IMG/VR virus record: IMGVR_UViG_3300032135_000005
Location: 29,764-93,763 of that record
Length of the DNA stretch: 64,000 nucleotides
Source of the DNA: a virus
Taxonomy: Duplodnaviria; Caudoviricetes
Strand: one strand, 5' to 3'
Under the pieces are notes generated by a model. The model saw only the letters and a program-made list of their open reading frames with translations. It made no database searches and had not been told where the DNA came from. Shown in pieces: positions 10,343 to 20,337 of the stretch. Position numbers and translations under genes: made by a program. The number at the start of each line of letters is the position of its first letter. Position 1 is the stretch's first letter.

Positions 10343-11794
10343 TTAATTCAAACGCATAATCATTTCTCCACAGCTAGTTGGGTCTTGTAATTGAATACCA
10401 CACTCAGCTAACATATGTACTTCATACCCATCTAAACCATTTGAACGCATAACTGACATTGAAGTTGCAACATCTCCAAATGGAGTTGTAGAACCGGCAA
10501 CATACCACATTGCATTCTCAGAATTCTTTTTAGATACTTTTCTTACATTCGCTTTACCTTTTACAATTCCGAAGTTTAAGATAGTAAATCTATAAGATTC
10601 GATTGGTTTTTTAGATATTGGGTGCAACTCTCTGTTACGAACTTTATCATCGTAAGGAGAAAATTCTTTAACTGTCAACGATACACCGTTTAAAAATTCA
10701 ACTTTTTTGAAGTGACCTGTCAATGTTAATGAATCTCCTGTACCAGTGATAAAAGTACCAGAGTTAGTTACAGTAATTCCTAATTCTTTTTGTCTATCTA
10801 TAATAGCACGGTTAAACTCTCGAATACCCATTTTACCAGTTAGTGCTACAAAATTGTAATCTCCTCCCCAACGTGATGCATTGTAAGATAAGTCTAACAA
10901 GAACTCATCAATTACATCGTAGGTTAATTTAGAATAGTATAATCTATTTGCAGGAGAGATTTGTTGTCTCACACCAGCACCGTGATAAACAGGACGTTGG
11001 TTTTTTCCTTGCAATCTTACTACACCTTGAGGATCTTTGTTATAGATAGTATAGATAAATGATCTATCAATCTCTTTGTACCATTGTGCCAAAGCAGTCC
11101 ATTCTGCTAATTTTGTCCACAATTTAGTAGACTGACCATCTTCTGCGAATAACTCAATTACCATTACATCAGTAGCTGCTGAACGAGATACTGCGTAGTG
11201 CTTACGTAAAGTTGTAAGTTGGTTTTTAAGAGTCATTGGAGCAACGAAATCAGTTCCACCACCTTTATCAGAGAACTCTTCAACAGTAGAGAAATCTTTC
11301 GACATTCTAGCTGTAGATGAAATTTGGTCTACATTGATAAATTTCTTAGGGTCTGGATCTGTTAAGACAGCAGTATAGATATAATCAATACCGTTAGATA
11401 CTCTATTTGATACTCTCAACATCGTACCATCATCTGATACTAAGTTGTCGGATACTTGGAAGATTCCTTCTTCCATTTTGAACCTGAAAGGAGCTCCATT
11501 CAATCCCGGGTTAGAACCTGGATTAACAGCGCCAGTTATGACAATAGCTCTTTCGGTTTGACCATGCAAATCCCATGTGTATTCGCGATTGGTAATAAAT
11601 CTTGTGTTCCCAATACCTCCTGTCAACATAGACAGTACAGTTTCGTTTTGGGTCCCAAATGCATATGCTAAAACAGAATCCATTCTCTCTGGCTCAGTCA
11701 AATAAGCTTGAGATAAGTGATCTGCTTCGGTCATGCCAGATGGTAATGCACGTAATTTGTGCAATTGTAATGGTGATACATCAGCTTGAAACAT
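10343..11794 (-). CDS. Major capsid protein (HK97 fold, crAss-type)
   Basis: 483 aa; REYTWDL, KNQLTTLRK, GAGVRQQI, VALTGKMG, DGYEVHML.ECGIQL.DP motifs typical of Crassvirales MCP; order portal-scaffold-MCP. Confidence 0.9.
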   Translation of the reverse strand: MFQADVSPLQLHKLRALPSGMTEADHLSQAYLTEPERMDSVLAYAFGTQNETVLSMLTGGIGNTRFITNREYTWDLHGQTERAIVITGAVNPGSNPGLNGAPFRFKMEEGIFQVSDNLVSDDGTMLRVSNRVSNGIDYIYTAVLTDPDPKKFINVDQISSTARMSKDFSTVEEFSDKGGGTDFVAPMTLKNQLTTLRKHYAVSRSAATDVMVIELFAEDGQSTKLWTKLAEWTALAQWYKEIDRSFIYTIYNKDPQGVVRLQGKNQRPVYHGAGVRQQISPANRLYYSKLTYDVIDEFLLDLSYNASRWGGDYNFVALTGKMGIREFNRAIIDRQKELGITVTNSGTFITGTGDSLTLTGHFKKVEFLNGVSLTVKEFSPYDDKVRNRELHPISKKPIESYRFTILNFGIVKGKANVRKVSKKNSENAMWYVAGSTTPFGDVATSMSVMRSNGLDGYEVHMLAECGIQLQDPTSCGEMIMRLN

Positions 11795-11824
11795 AATTAT
11801 TTAATTTTAATTGGACAGTTACAT

Positions 11825-12973
11825 TTAGTCCTCTACTTCCATTGATTGGGCTCCAAAGATAGTTGGGAATACAAGTTTACCTTTCTTGCTGTCACTTTTT
11901 GTAGTAATGCTTTTAGAACTATTACTACTGGTGACCCCTTTATCACTGAACCTACTCAATTTTTTTCTTCTTGTTTTCGTTAGATCTGACGTTATTTCTT
12001 TAGTCAAATCCTCTTTATTATAATTCACGAAATCAAGGAATGCAATGTTCATACGCCTATCTTCGTTGGCCATATTTTCCTGCATCTGTGTTTTTCCTGT
12101 TCTTGGTCTTACTTTAAATAAGTAATCTTTGAACGCTGCTCTTCTTTTGTCGTCTAAATCGAACCCTGCTATAGACTTCGCTGAATCTATAGTAGCTTTG
12201 AGCTCTACAATTTCTTCATTTGCTTTCTTATCTGCAATAGCTCTAGCTTTAGTATCCTTTTCTTCTTTAGCCGCTTTAGCTGCTGTTTGAGATTTTACTA
12301 GTGCTTCTCTTGCGACTTCAGCTTTCTTATCCAGTTTTCCTGTTGTCTTTACATCTTCTATTTCTTCAAGTGCATCTTCTTCGCTCATACCTTGATTTAA
12401 GTAAAACTGCTTTAAGGTTGTTTCCTTACTCGCATCATCATCTAGGTTTACATCGTCCCAGTTGATTGGTGCATTCAACTTAAACTCTTGTGGATCATTA
12501 CCACTCATTACGTGCGCGTAATATTGTTGCACTGATTCAGGAATCGCCGCTAACTCTTCGGCAACGTTTTTACGAACTGCTGCTGCCGTAGCATCTGCTA
12601 ACCCTGATGGTGTAACGTCAAAGTCATCACCTTCTGCAGGTTCTGGTAGAATTCCCTCATCAATTAATAAATTGTAAGCTCGTTCTATCTCTGCTTCACT
12701 ATACTCAATCTTTTCCGGTGCACCCTCCTCCTCCTTTTCTTTAGGATCAGGTTTCCCTTTAGAACTTTCTTCTTTTTCTTGCTCTTCGGTCTCTACTTCT
12801 ACCTCACTAGTTTCAACATCTGCACTAGATGTATCGTCATCGTCGATTTCTGTTTTAACCTTCTCTTTTTTGTCGGGCTCTGCAGGAACTTTAGTTTTTG
12901 CTTCTGAACTTTCGTCTTTAGCAGTTACGTGACCTACATTTATATCTCCCCAAATACTCGGAAATTTTGTCAT
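11825..12973 (-). CDS. Putative scaffolding protein
   Basis: Highly acidic, helical 382 aa between portal and MCP. Confidence 0.65.
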   Translation of the reverse strand: MTKFPSIWGDINVGHVTAKDESSEAKTKVPAEPDKKEKVKTEIDDDDTSSADVETSEVEVETEEQEKEESSKGKPDPKEKEEEGAPEKIEYSEAEIERAYNLLIDEGILPEPAEGDDFDVTPSGLADATAAAVRKNVAEELAAIPESVQQYYAHVMSGNDPQEFKLNAPINWDDVNLDDDASKETTLKQFYLNQGMSEEDALEEIEDVKTTGKLDKKAEVAREALVKSQTAAKAAKEEKDTKARAIADKKANEEIVELKATIDSAKSIAGFDLDDKRRAAFKDYLFKVRPRTGKTQMQENMANEDRRMNIAFLDFVNYNKEDLTKEITSDLTKTRRKKLSRFSDKGVTSSNSSKSITTKSDSKKGKLVFPTIFGAQSMEVED

Positions 12974-12982
12974 AAAAATATG

Positions 12983-13027
12983 TTTGTTGTTATTACAAAT
13001 GTACTACAAAATTATAACTCAAAACAA
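12983..13027 (-). promoter_or_regulatory. Bacteroidota sigmaA-type promoter for capsid operon
   Basis: Minus strand TACATTTG (12996-13003) matches the TAnnTTTG -7 box; TTG upstream; TAACAACAAA leader. Confidence 0.7.
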
Positions 13028-13084
13028 CTTTTGTTATAACTTTTTTATACATAACTCATATAGAGCTATTTAGATATAGATTTT

Positions 13085-13351
13085 CTACTTCTTTTCATTT
13101 TTTTCTTCCTTCTCTTTCTCTATCTTAACGATAGGACCACTCACTAGAATGTCTTTTGGACTAACCTTATCTTGGCTGACTTCCCACATATCTGGCTGTC
13201 GAAGTTCTTTAACTTTTAATTTAACAGTTAATTCTACTACTTCTCCTATAGATACATCTTTAAGAAAAGGAAAATCTTTACTACTTAAGTGAAGGCGGCC
13301 ATAATTTTTTTCCGGCTTAGGCATTGCTGATACTTTTTGTTCTAGTTTCAT
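13085..13351 (-). CDS. Hypothetical protein
   Basis: 88-aa ORF overlapping the portal stop codon. Confidence 0.55.
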   Translation of the reverse strand: MKLEQKVSAMPKPEKNYGRLHLSSKDFPFLKDVSIGEVVELTVKLKVKELRQPDMWEVSQDKVSPKDILVSGPIVKIEKEKEEKNEKK

Positions 13352-15798
13352 TTTGAACTGGTTTTAGGTACTGGTTTATTGGCTACCTTTTCTTTTATAT
13401 CTAGCTCTCTTTGAGCCTCGGCAGCACGATTATCTTCTTTTTCCTCGTCTAAAGTTTGAGCCTTAGCATCTAAGGACACTCCAGCAAATTTAGTAGCGGC
13501 ATCAACTTCACCGTCTCCGGCATCAGTTTGTATTTGAGAACCGATTTCCATTTTCTTAAGAAGAATAGCATTTCTAATTTGATCATCACTAAGTTCTTTC
13601 TCAAGAGAACGGTCAAGTTCTTTATCTTTTCTAGCTACTTCGTCTCTTGCAGCCTGAGCTTCATTGGCAGCTTTACTATCAGCTTGAGCTCTTTCATTAG
13701 CTGTTCTATCTCCTTCTTCCAAAGTAGATATAGTGTAATTCATAGAATCTGATCTCAAAGATTTTGCAACATCTAATAGAGATGCTTTCCCTTGATTCAC
13801 TGCAGCAGTAAGCAAACCTTCCATCTTATCTCGTCTCTCTCTATCTTCATAAGAGTTAGAAACAAAACAACCCATCTGAGAACCATTCAGTTTATCTCCA
13901 TCAATCCTAAGGGTTTCAACTTCAAACTCATCCAGAACTAATTCCATCTCAGCTCCATCTATATATGCAATCTTAGCTAGTTCTAATAATTCATTAAGAA
14001 CTGCTTCCTTACATAAATCATGAAAGTAGAACCAAGGTTTAGTAACATTGGTACTTCTTGAGATAGAAGTCTGAGCTCCCGTGGCTGTTTCAGAAGCTTT
14101 GATATCTCCCATTCTCTGTGGAGATACTCCCATAATATCTTCTACTAAATATTCTAATTTTTCAAGAATCTCCATATATTGCCCAACGACTTGAGATAAT
14201 GTCATATCAATTGATTGGAACTGATTGAACTGTGCCTGTGAACTAGGATCTCCTTTTCTACCTTCCTCCGTAGAATTAATCCACACTACACCTAAGTTAT
14301 CAAAATAGTACATCCATTTATCAACGTCCCACCCCATGCTTGAAGGGAGTTGAGCCATATCCATTATGAACTTTTTACCTTTTGCTTTAGCGAGTTCTTG
14401 CTCTAATCTCCACCACACAACAATGTAAGTATATTGATGAGCTTTCACTAAATCTACCATTGAGGTAGCAATGGAGTTTACGTTATTGTATACATAACCT
14501 ACATAAGGTAAGTTCCCAGTTTGATTATGTTTAGGTCTGACATTTATAAAAATATCTGTTCCGATGAGTGTGCCTTCCCAGATATCGTGGTCCCAGTGCC
14601 AGGATAGTTGTGCACCAAGAGCATCTAACTCATCAGTCATTTTAAAAGAATCGTCTACTTCTACTTCTTCCCACTTACCTGTTCTTTTATCAGGATACCC
14701 TAAGATTCCTACTTTAGCCCAAGACCTCCAAGCACATTGCATTACGTATACGTGAGTACCAACCCCATTTACCCATTGAGATCTTCTTTGGCCACCATCA
14801 TAAGAATATGCAAATCCTTGTTGCATTCCACCTTGCATATAAGAGTGACCGGCTTTTCCTTCAGATATTAATTTAACCTGAGCATCTGTAAGAACATCTC
14901 CATACATAGATATTATCTCTCCAATAGGTAACCAATATTCTTCTCGAACCCAATTCCCTTCGTGGATAAATGTAGTATTAGCTCCTTTATCATAATCTAC
15001 TTGTAGAGGATTTACAGGTCTTACAGAAGGATGTCCCATTATAATTCCTGTGTAATAAATCTCTTCGGCAGATACTAACGCGTGAAACCAACCCAAGTTA
15101 AATTTCAGTGCGAGCTTATCATTCTTCTTAAGATACTTTAATATTTTATTGTTTGTTTGTTCAGTAGGGTCTGTATAGATAGAATTAAACCGCTTCATCT
15201 CAGCCTGAATATCAGGCATATTGTTACGTTGTTCTTGCAACTTCTGCATTTGTTGTTGCATTTGTTGCATTTGCTGTTGATCCTGCATTGTTTGCATTTG
15301 CTCCTGCAGTTGATTCATTTGCTCTTCTAGCTTAGTAACAGCTTCGTCTAATTGAAACTCCATACGAATTTGAGCTTTCATCAAATCCTTCAGCATATCT
15401 TTTCTCTTTTGTTTCTTTGCAGATACAGCTTCACCTGAAATAGCGTACACAAAAAAGTTTAAAGATGCATTCATCTCCTCTCCTCTTAGAGTTTCTAACC
15501 TAGAACGTATAATATTGTAGTTTTGCATTTTGGTAGGAGTTCCACCAAAAGATTTCATATCTAATCCATAAGGATTTAAAACATGCTCGAAGTCATCTTC
15601 TCTATATTTAGAGTTCACCAAGTCGTAGTTCTCTTCTTTGTTTTCTCTAGTTGATCTCCCCATATCATCTATTCCGGAAGACATTCCTTTAATCGCTAAT
15701 ACACAATTACGTCCCCACTTTGGACCCTTCTTAGCTGATTTAATATGCTGAGGTGGCATACTAGAGGGCGTTTGATTTTGTAGAACTACTTCACTCAT
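13348..15798 (-). CDS. Portal protein
   Basis: 816 aa; NYNIIRSRLETLRGEE, GVSPQRMG, ETATGAQ motifs of crAss portals; directly downstream of terminase. Confidence 0.9.
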   Translation of the reverse strand: MSEVVLQNQTPSSMPPQHIKSAKKGPKWGRNCVLAIKGMSSGIDDMGRSTRENKEENYDLVNSKYREDDFEHVLNPYGLDMKSFGGTPTKMQNYNIIRSRLETLRGEEMNASLNFFVYAISGEAVSAKKQKRKDMLKDLMKAQIRMEFQLDEAVTKLEEQMNQLQEQMQTMQDQQQMQQMQQQMQKLQEQRNNMPDIQAEMKRFNSIYTDPTEQTNNKILKYLKKNDKLALKFNLGWFHALVSAEEIYYTGIIMGHPSVRPVNPLQVDYDKGANTTFIHEGNWVREEYWLPIGEIISMYGDVLTDAQVKLISEGKAGHSYMQGGMQQGFAYSYDGGQRRSQWVNGVGTHVYVMQCAWRSWAKVGILGYPDKRTGKWEEVEVDDSFKMTDELDALGAQLSWHWDHDIWEGTLIGTDIFINVRPKHNQTGNLPYVGYVYNNVNSIATSMVDLVKAHQYTYIVVWWRLEQELAKAKGKKFIMDMAQLPSSMGWDVDKWMYYFDNLGVVWINSTEEGRKGDPSSQAQFNQFQSIDMTLSQVVGQYMEILEKLEYLVEDIMGVSPQRMGDIKASETATGAQTSISRSTNVTKPWFYFHDLCKEAVLNELLELAKIAYIDGAEMELVLDEFEVETLRIDGDKLNGSQMGCFVSNSYEDRERRDKMEGLLTAAVNQGKASLLDVAKSLRSDSMNYTISTLEEGDRTANERAQADSKAANEAQAARDEVARKDKELDRSLEKELSDDQIRNAILLKKMEIGSQIQTDAGDGEVDAATKFAGVSLDAKAQTLDEEKEDNRAAEAQRELDIKEKVANKPVPKTSSK

Positions 15799-15812
15799 GA
15801 TACAGGTTTTTA

Positions 15813-18800
15813 CTATCGTTTCATATTTGATGTAAATAACTTACGAGAAAAGAAGTCTTTTCTTGGCGTAGCATCTACGTCTTCATCTTCCTCCTCCTCT
15901 GGTCTACCAGCGTCAATAATTATATTACGCATTTGTATTAATTGGATGATTGCTAACATCAAAGCAATTACCCTATCAAAGTTACCGTCAACATTATACG
16001 AGATTAACTCGTCTAGCAAAGGTATACTTTTTATCGTATGTAATTGTAATTTTCCATCGCCAATTGGTGTAAGTAACCATTCACGTAGATAAATTTCACA
16101 TTCATTCTTAACTTGAGTCGGCATGTGTTGCCCGTAAACTCTAGTTCTAGCAGTCTTAGAAGTTTCATTTGCTTTCAATACTCCAGGAGTATACGCAAGT
16201 AAATCTATAGAATACATTTTCTTAAAGTATTCTTTGATGTGCTGCTTCTCATTTTCATACAAACAACTAGCATCTCCGTACCATCTCAGCATTCTTCTGA
16301 CTTGCTCGTAAAAGTCTGAAGCTAATCCGGGTCTTCCAGTATACTCTGCTACTATTCTATCAAAGCCTCCATTAAGTGGAGTAGCTCTTTTGATAATTAT
16401 TACAGAACCTAAAGATACTGAGTTAGGAGCAATATCAAAATCATAAGGGTCATTTCCTGCTACGTACCATCCATATTCTGCACGCTCGTCAGGTCGTTCC
16501 CAAATAACAACAGCTCCTGTGTTATCATCAGTAATCTTAACAGGATAACTTGCAGGTTTATAATTATCAGGATCTACATTGAAGTAAGGTTTGTAGTCCT
16601 CATCAAGAAGCATCCATCCGTCTAATCCTGTGATAGAAGGGTCATTGCCCATTGCTAACAATTGATCTTTATGTTCCTTCAAGTCAGTGGTAGGAAGAAT
16701 AGAATTGTTTGTAAGTAAGAACACTTCAGAGTGCACAAGAGGTCTTTGTACAATCTCATCCTCGTAAGCTTGTTTCTTTTTAACATTCTTCTTGAGGCGT
16801 TCCCTAGTTTTATGTAAATATTTTAATGCAGCTCTCCAGTTAGTATTACCTAGCTCATCTTTGAACTGATTCAGGGTCATCCACGCAGGTACAAAGAATC
16901 CTATCTTAGTTTGGTAACCTTCAAATTCATCATCGAACTGTAAACAATCGAATGCCGCCGGAGAATAGAATACTTGCTTCACAGCTTCTGTAGCTCCACC
17001 CGTCATATCTCCACCAGTACCGCACATCCAGATAGTACCTTGTTTTACAGTACCATCAGCTGCAGCTTCTTTCATTTGTCCTAGAACTTCTATAAGGTTC
17101 ACCATAAATCCTACTTCATCAATAGTAGCCCAGTTAGGACGCGTACCGTTGGCAGCAACGTGGTTATCATTAAAAGATCTGTGTTGTATAAGAGAAGCAG
17201 AACCTTTACGTTCCCACTGTCCTCCTATCTTGATATCGTATCCTGCAGTAATAGTATTGTGAGTAACCACATAGTCTCCACATAAGAATAATTTTGATTC
17301 ATTGTCTACAGATAAACAATAAGAGTCCTCTATTATAGTAGGTTCTATATTTACAATAGCTACTGAAGTCCTACTAGTTTTACTCGTACTACTTCTAGTA
17401 GGAAGTATTCTACTTTTCTTCCTACTTAATTTGAATACAATTTCTTCTGTATTAATAAATAATCTATAAGATTTACTGTATTTTTTAATCCCTTTATACT
17501 TCCAAGACGTTGTACGTTTCCGTAAATTTACTCTAATGCCTAGAGAGTGACACAAGAGTTCTACCCCCTTAATAAGAGTTTTATTTTTATTAGAAAATTC
17601 TATAGTACCATCAATACCTATAGAACCGTCAGAATCTAGCAGACCTTGCAGTAAATCTTTTCTTTGTTCATAAGACCCATAGAAATATTCCTCTGGTATG
17701 TGTTTATTTTGAATAAGATTAAGCGTTTGAAGTCCTGTTCTAATAGAATTTCCCCTTATTGAACCATCTCCTACAACAAAATAATGAGGACACTTCCCTT
17801 CTATTATCTCCGCTCGAAGAGTTAGATTTTTGTATAAACAAAGTTGTTTTAAATATTCTACAATCTCGGTATCTACAGTAGAAATAGAAGGACCTCTAGA
17901 ACTCCCATCTCCTAACCATAATCCTAAAAAGTAAGGTTCTAATGTAAATTGTTTTGGAGAATACTCTAATGATTTAGTCAAAGGAAGCCTGTACATATAA
18001 TCAGTCCTAGATCCTCTAATATTTACATACTTAGATTTGTAAATATCTATTAAAGACATTACTTTATTTTTACCTGCTTTAATAACCTCCCATTGATGAT
18101 CTGCACCGCAATATACTACTCTACCATCTTGAAGTGTAACTTTATATTGTAATTTATCTGTAAAGGAAAATTTATTGCATACTTTAGTAAGAATACCAGA
18201 ATCATCATAAATTTTATCCCCTATAGAAATATCTTTAATTTCTTTTACACCGTCAACAGTAAAAATCTTAGTATCCCATCTTAAATCTTTACCCGTGTCC
18301 CAAGAACCTGAGTATTTCTTAAAGAATGGAGATGGGTATACGTCATCTCCTATAACCATTTTTCCTGGTAGGTTATTAAAGCCCAGTTTTATTTTTCCTA
18401 TTAAATCGTTAGAGTATTTACTATCAATAGCACCTACTAAAGTTTCGGAAGTCATAGGTTCATCTGCCGCCTTACTTTCTAGATACTCATCATAATCTAA
18501 AGCTCCGTCAAATATGAAATTATGTCCTAGAGTTGCAGCAGCAAAGTAAGACTTTCCACCTCCTCTGGCTTCCATATCAGCCATATTGAAGTTCATATTA
18601 TAGTACATCGCCTTACCCATAGGTTTCTTGAAGTATCTTCTTAAATATTCTCTAGCTGGTACATAAGTTTTAAACGTACCATCTGGTTTAGTTACAGCGT
18701 CCCGTATTAAATCAGGATTGTTGTACTCCATAAGTAAATCCTCAAACTCATCAGGATCTTTATTAGGATCCACTTCATTTAAGATATTATGACAACTAAT

Positions 18801-19163
18801 CTCATCATCCATCTCGAAACCAGAGAAGCCTTTAACTTCAGATGTTAAGGCTGCTTTGATCCATTCGAGGTCTCTTAAAAAAGGTGTTTGTGTTTTCTTG
18901 ATTTTAGTCTTAGCTCCTTTTGGATTAAGTTTAATCTTCCAAAAGTTTACGAACCAATAGAGTGGGCCAGATACCCATTTATAATCTCCATTATGCTGTA
19001 CCCAATACCCGTCAATACATCTACGTTTCTGAATTTTCCACCACCGTTTGTACTCTAACCCGAGAGGGTTCATACGTGGAATATCTAAAGCTACCTGTAC
19101 TTTATCTACGGGTATTCGATTCTTATACAGAATCCACATATTATCATGTACTGGTAGCGCCAT
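15813..19163 (-). CDS. terL: Terminase large subunit containing an intein
   Basis: Walker A ARGGGKS, Walker B TIDEVG, nuclease motifs AGNDPYD and GNFDRVIA; 344-aa insertion with intein blocks. Confidence 0.92.
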   Translation of the reverse strand: MALPVHDNMWILYKNRIPVDKVQVALDIPRMNPLGLEYKRWWKIQKRRCIDGYWVQHNGDYKWVSGPLYWFVNFWKIKLNPKGAKTKIKKTQTPFLRDLEWIKAALTSEVKGFSGFEMDDEISCHNILNEVDPNKDPDEFEDLLMEYNNPDLIRDAVTKPDGTFKTYVPAREYLRRYFKKPMGKAMYYNMNFNMADMEARGGGKSYFAAATLGHNFIFDGALDYDEYLESKAADEPMTSETLVGAIDSKYSNDLIGKIKLGFNNLPGKMVIGDDVYPSPFFKKYSGSWDTGKDLRWDTKIFTVDGVKEIKDISIGDKIYDDSGILTKVCNKFSFTDKLQYKVTLQDGRVVYCGADHQWEVIKAGKNKVMSLIDIYKSKYVNIRGSRTDYMYRLPLTKSLEYSPKQFTLEPYFLGLWLGDGSSRGPSISTVDTEIVEYLKQLCLYKNLTLRAEIIEGKCPHYFVVGDGSIRGNSIRTGLQTLNLIQNKHIPEEYFYGSYEQRKDLLQGLLDSDGSIGIDGTIEFSNKNKTLIKGVELLCHSLGIRVNLRKRTTSWKYKGIKKYSKSYRLFINTEEIVFKLSRKKSRILPTRSSTSKTSRTSVAIVNIEPTIIEDSYCLSVDNESKLFLCGDYVVTHNTITAGYDIKIGGQWERKGSASLIQHRSFNDNHVAANGTRPNWATIDEVGFMVNLIEVLGQMKEAAADGTVKQGTIWMCGTGGDMTGGATEAVKQVFYSPAAFDCLQFDDEFEGYQTKIGFFVPAWMTLNQFKDELGNTNWRAALKYLHKTRERLKKNVKKKQAYEDEIVQRPLVHSEVFLLTNNSILPTTDLKEHKDQLLAMGNDPSITGLDGWMLLDEDYKPYFNVDPDNYKPASYPVKITDDNTGAVVIWERPDERAEYGWYVAGNDPYDFDIAPNSVSLGSVIIIKRATPLNGGFDRIVAEYTGRPGLASDFYEQVRRMLRWYGDASCLYENEKQHIKEYFKKMYSIDLLAYTPGVLKANETSKTARTRVYGQHMPTQVKNECEIYLREWLLTPIGDGKLQLHTIKSIPLLDELISYNVDGNFDRVIALMLAIIQLIQMRNIIIDAGRPEEEEDEDVDATPRKDFFSRKLFTSNMKR
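17256..18287 (-). mobile_element. Intein with LAGLIDADG homing endonuclease (class-3-like, Asp at position 1)
   Basis: Block A DLRWDTKIFTVDG after extein GK; block B CGADHQW; LAGLIDADG motifs LGLWLGDG and LLQGLLDSDG; block F/G YCLSVD...YVVTHN followed by extein Thr. Confidence 0.88.
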
Positions 19164-19166
19164 ATA

Positions 19167-19811
19167 TTAAAACTTTTTGTCTCCGTCTGATAAACTTTCT
19201 TTACCTCCGCCTTTGGCTACACCATGTCCTTCTACAGTTTTCAGATCTTCCATAGCTCTAATAACTAAGGAATTAATCTTCTCTGTATTAGCAAACATTC
19301 TATCTAATTGATCTGCTGTTCCTTTCCTTAGTACATTCTTAGCTCCTGTTACTTCATAATAATCCATTGTGTAATCGGTGGCATTAATGAATGCAGTTCT
19401 CTGTGCAAGTTTCTTTTCAAGGATACGTAATGATAATCCAATTGGCGTATCAATAGTTTTTTCAAACTCTGCAATATACTCAACTAAACCTAAATCAGCA
19501 AACTTTAAAAGACCTGGTTTAGATGTCATATCTTCTAGTAAGTCTGTCATTAAAGAAGCTTGACCGAAGATATTGTCTCCGGCCACTTCCCATTTATCTT
19601 TCTCAGGTTGTGCAAAGAAGGAACTTTTCCTATCATAGCATACAGTCAACAACCACATAAAATTAGAACTCGCTTCAAGATATCTAGGTCCTGCGTTCTT
19701 GTTACACTCCCAGAATACACCGAAGATTCTATTCATCTTATAGTCAGAGAACTCTTCCCAGAAATTAACTTTCTTTTCAAAGCTGTCTATTGGATGTCTT
19801 TGTAATGCCAT
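19167..19811 (-). CDS. Hypothetical protein, possible terminase small subunit
   Basis: 214 aa directly upstream of terL; C-terminal AKGGGKES. Confidence 0.45.
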   Translation of the reverse strand: MALQRHPIDSFEKKVNFWEEFSDYKMNRIFGVFWECNKNAGPRYLEASSNFMWLLTVCYDRKSSFFAQPEKDKWEVAGDNIFGQASLMTDLLEDMTSKPGLLKFADLGLVEYIAEFEKTIDTPIGLSLRILEKKLAQRTAFINATDYTMDYYEVTGAKNVLRKGTADQLDRMFANTEKINSLVIRAMEDLKTVEGHGVAKGGGKESLSDGDKKF

Positions 19812-19813
19812 AT

Positions 19814-20008
19814 TTAATATGTTATTTGATCTGATAATTCAAAATCGTAATGACTAGACTCATCCTCTCCTGAAGATACTTTATATATTACAGGAGAGTC
19901 GGGTCTAAGAAGGTATCCAGTTACAAGTCTTACTTGTTGGTATTGGTCTGTTACTAAGTATACCTTTGCTCCAAACTCAAATTTAACACTTACTTGTACT
20001 ATTGCCAT
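19814..20008 (-). CDS. Small hypothetical beta-barrel-like protein
   Basis: 64 aa, KFEFGAKVYL start resembles an SH3/KOW-like fold. Confidence 0.5.
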   Translation of the reverse strand: MAIVQVSVKFEFGAKVYLVTDQYQQVRLVTGYLLRPDSPVIYKVSSGEDESSHYDFELSDQITY

Positions 20009-20011
20009 ACT

Positions 20012-20335
20012 TTAAATATTTCCTATTCCTCTTTTTCTCAAATCAGCTACGTGATCATCCACAGCTTGTATTGCTGCTCTTCTATTCTGAAGTAATCCTC
20101 CTAGATGTTTCCATACTTCTCCAGTAGCATTTTCGCGAGAAACTTTTTCTCCTATTTCTACATCAAATAAGTCAGGGTTTACTACTCCTGCCATACCAAT
20201 AATCTCATGACCATTGGTAAGTGTCATATGGCAAATCATAATTTTCTTGCCTAGTTTTGTGTAGCTAACTGCTTCAATAGAATTCTCTACATCAACTGGA
20301 GTTACTTTGTCTCCATTAATTGTAATTTCTTCCAT
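20012..20335 (-). CDS. N4 Gp49/Sf6 gp66-family protein (probable Acb4-like nucleotide-signal sponge)
   Basis: ICHMTLTNGHEIIGMAGVVNPDLFDVEIGEKVSRENATGEVWKHLG follows the family pattern C..tL.NG....G....V.P..FD.EIG...A..nA...vW...G; sponge function is recalled, not verified. Confidence 0.7.
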   Translation of the reverse strand: MEEITINGDKVTPVDVENSIEAVSYTKLGKKIMICHMTLTNGHEIIGMAGVVNPDLFDVEIGEKVSRENATGEVWKHLGGLLQNRRAAIQAVDDHVADLRKRGIGNI

Positions 20336-20337
20336 AA

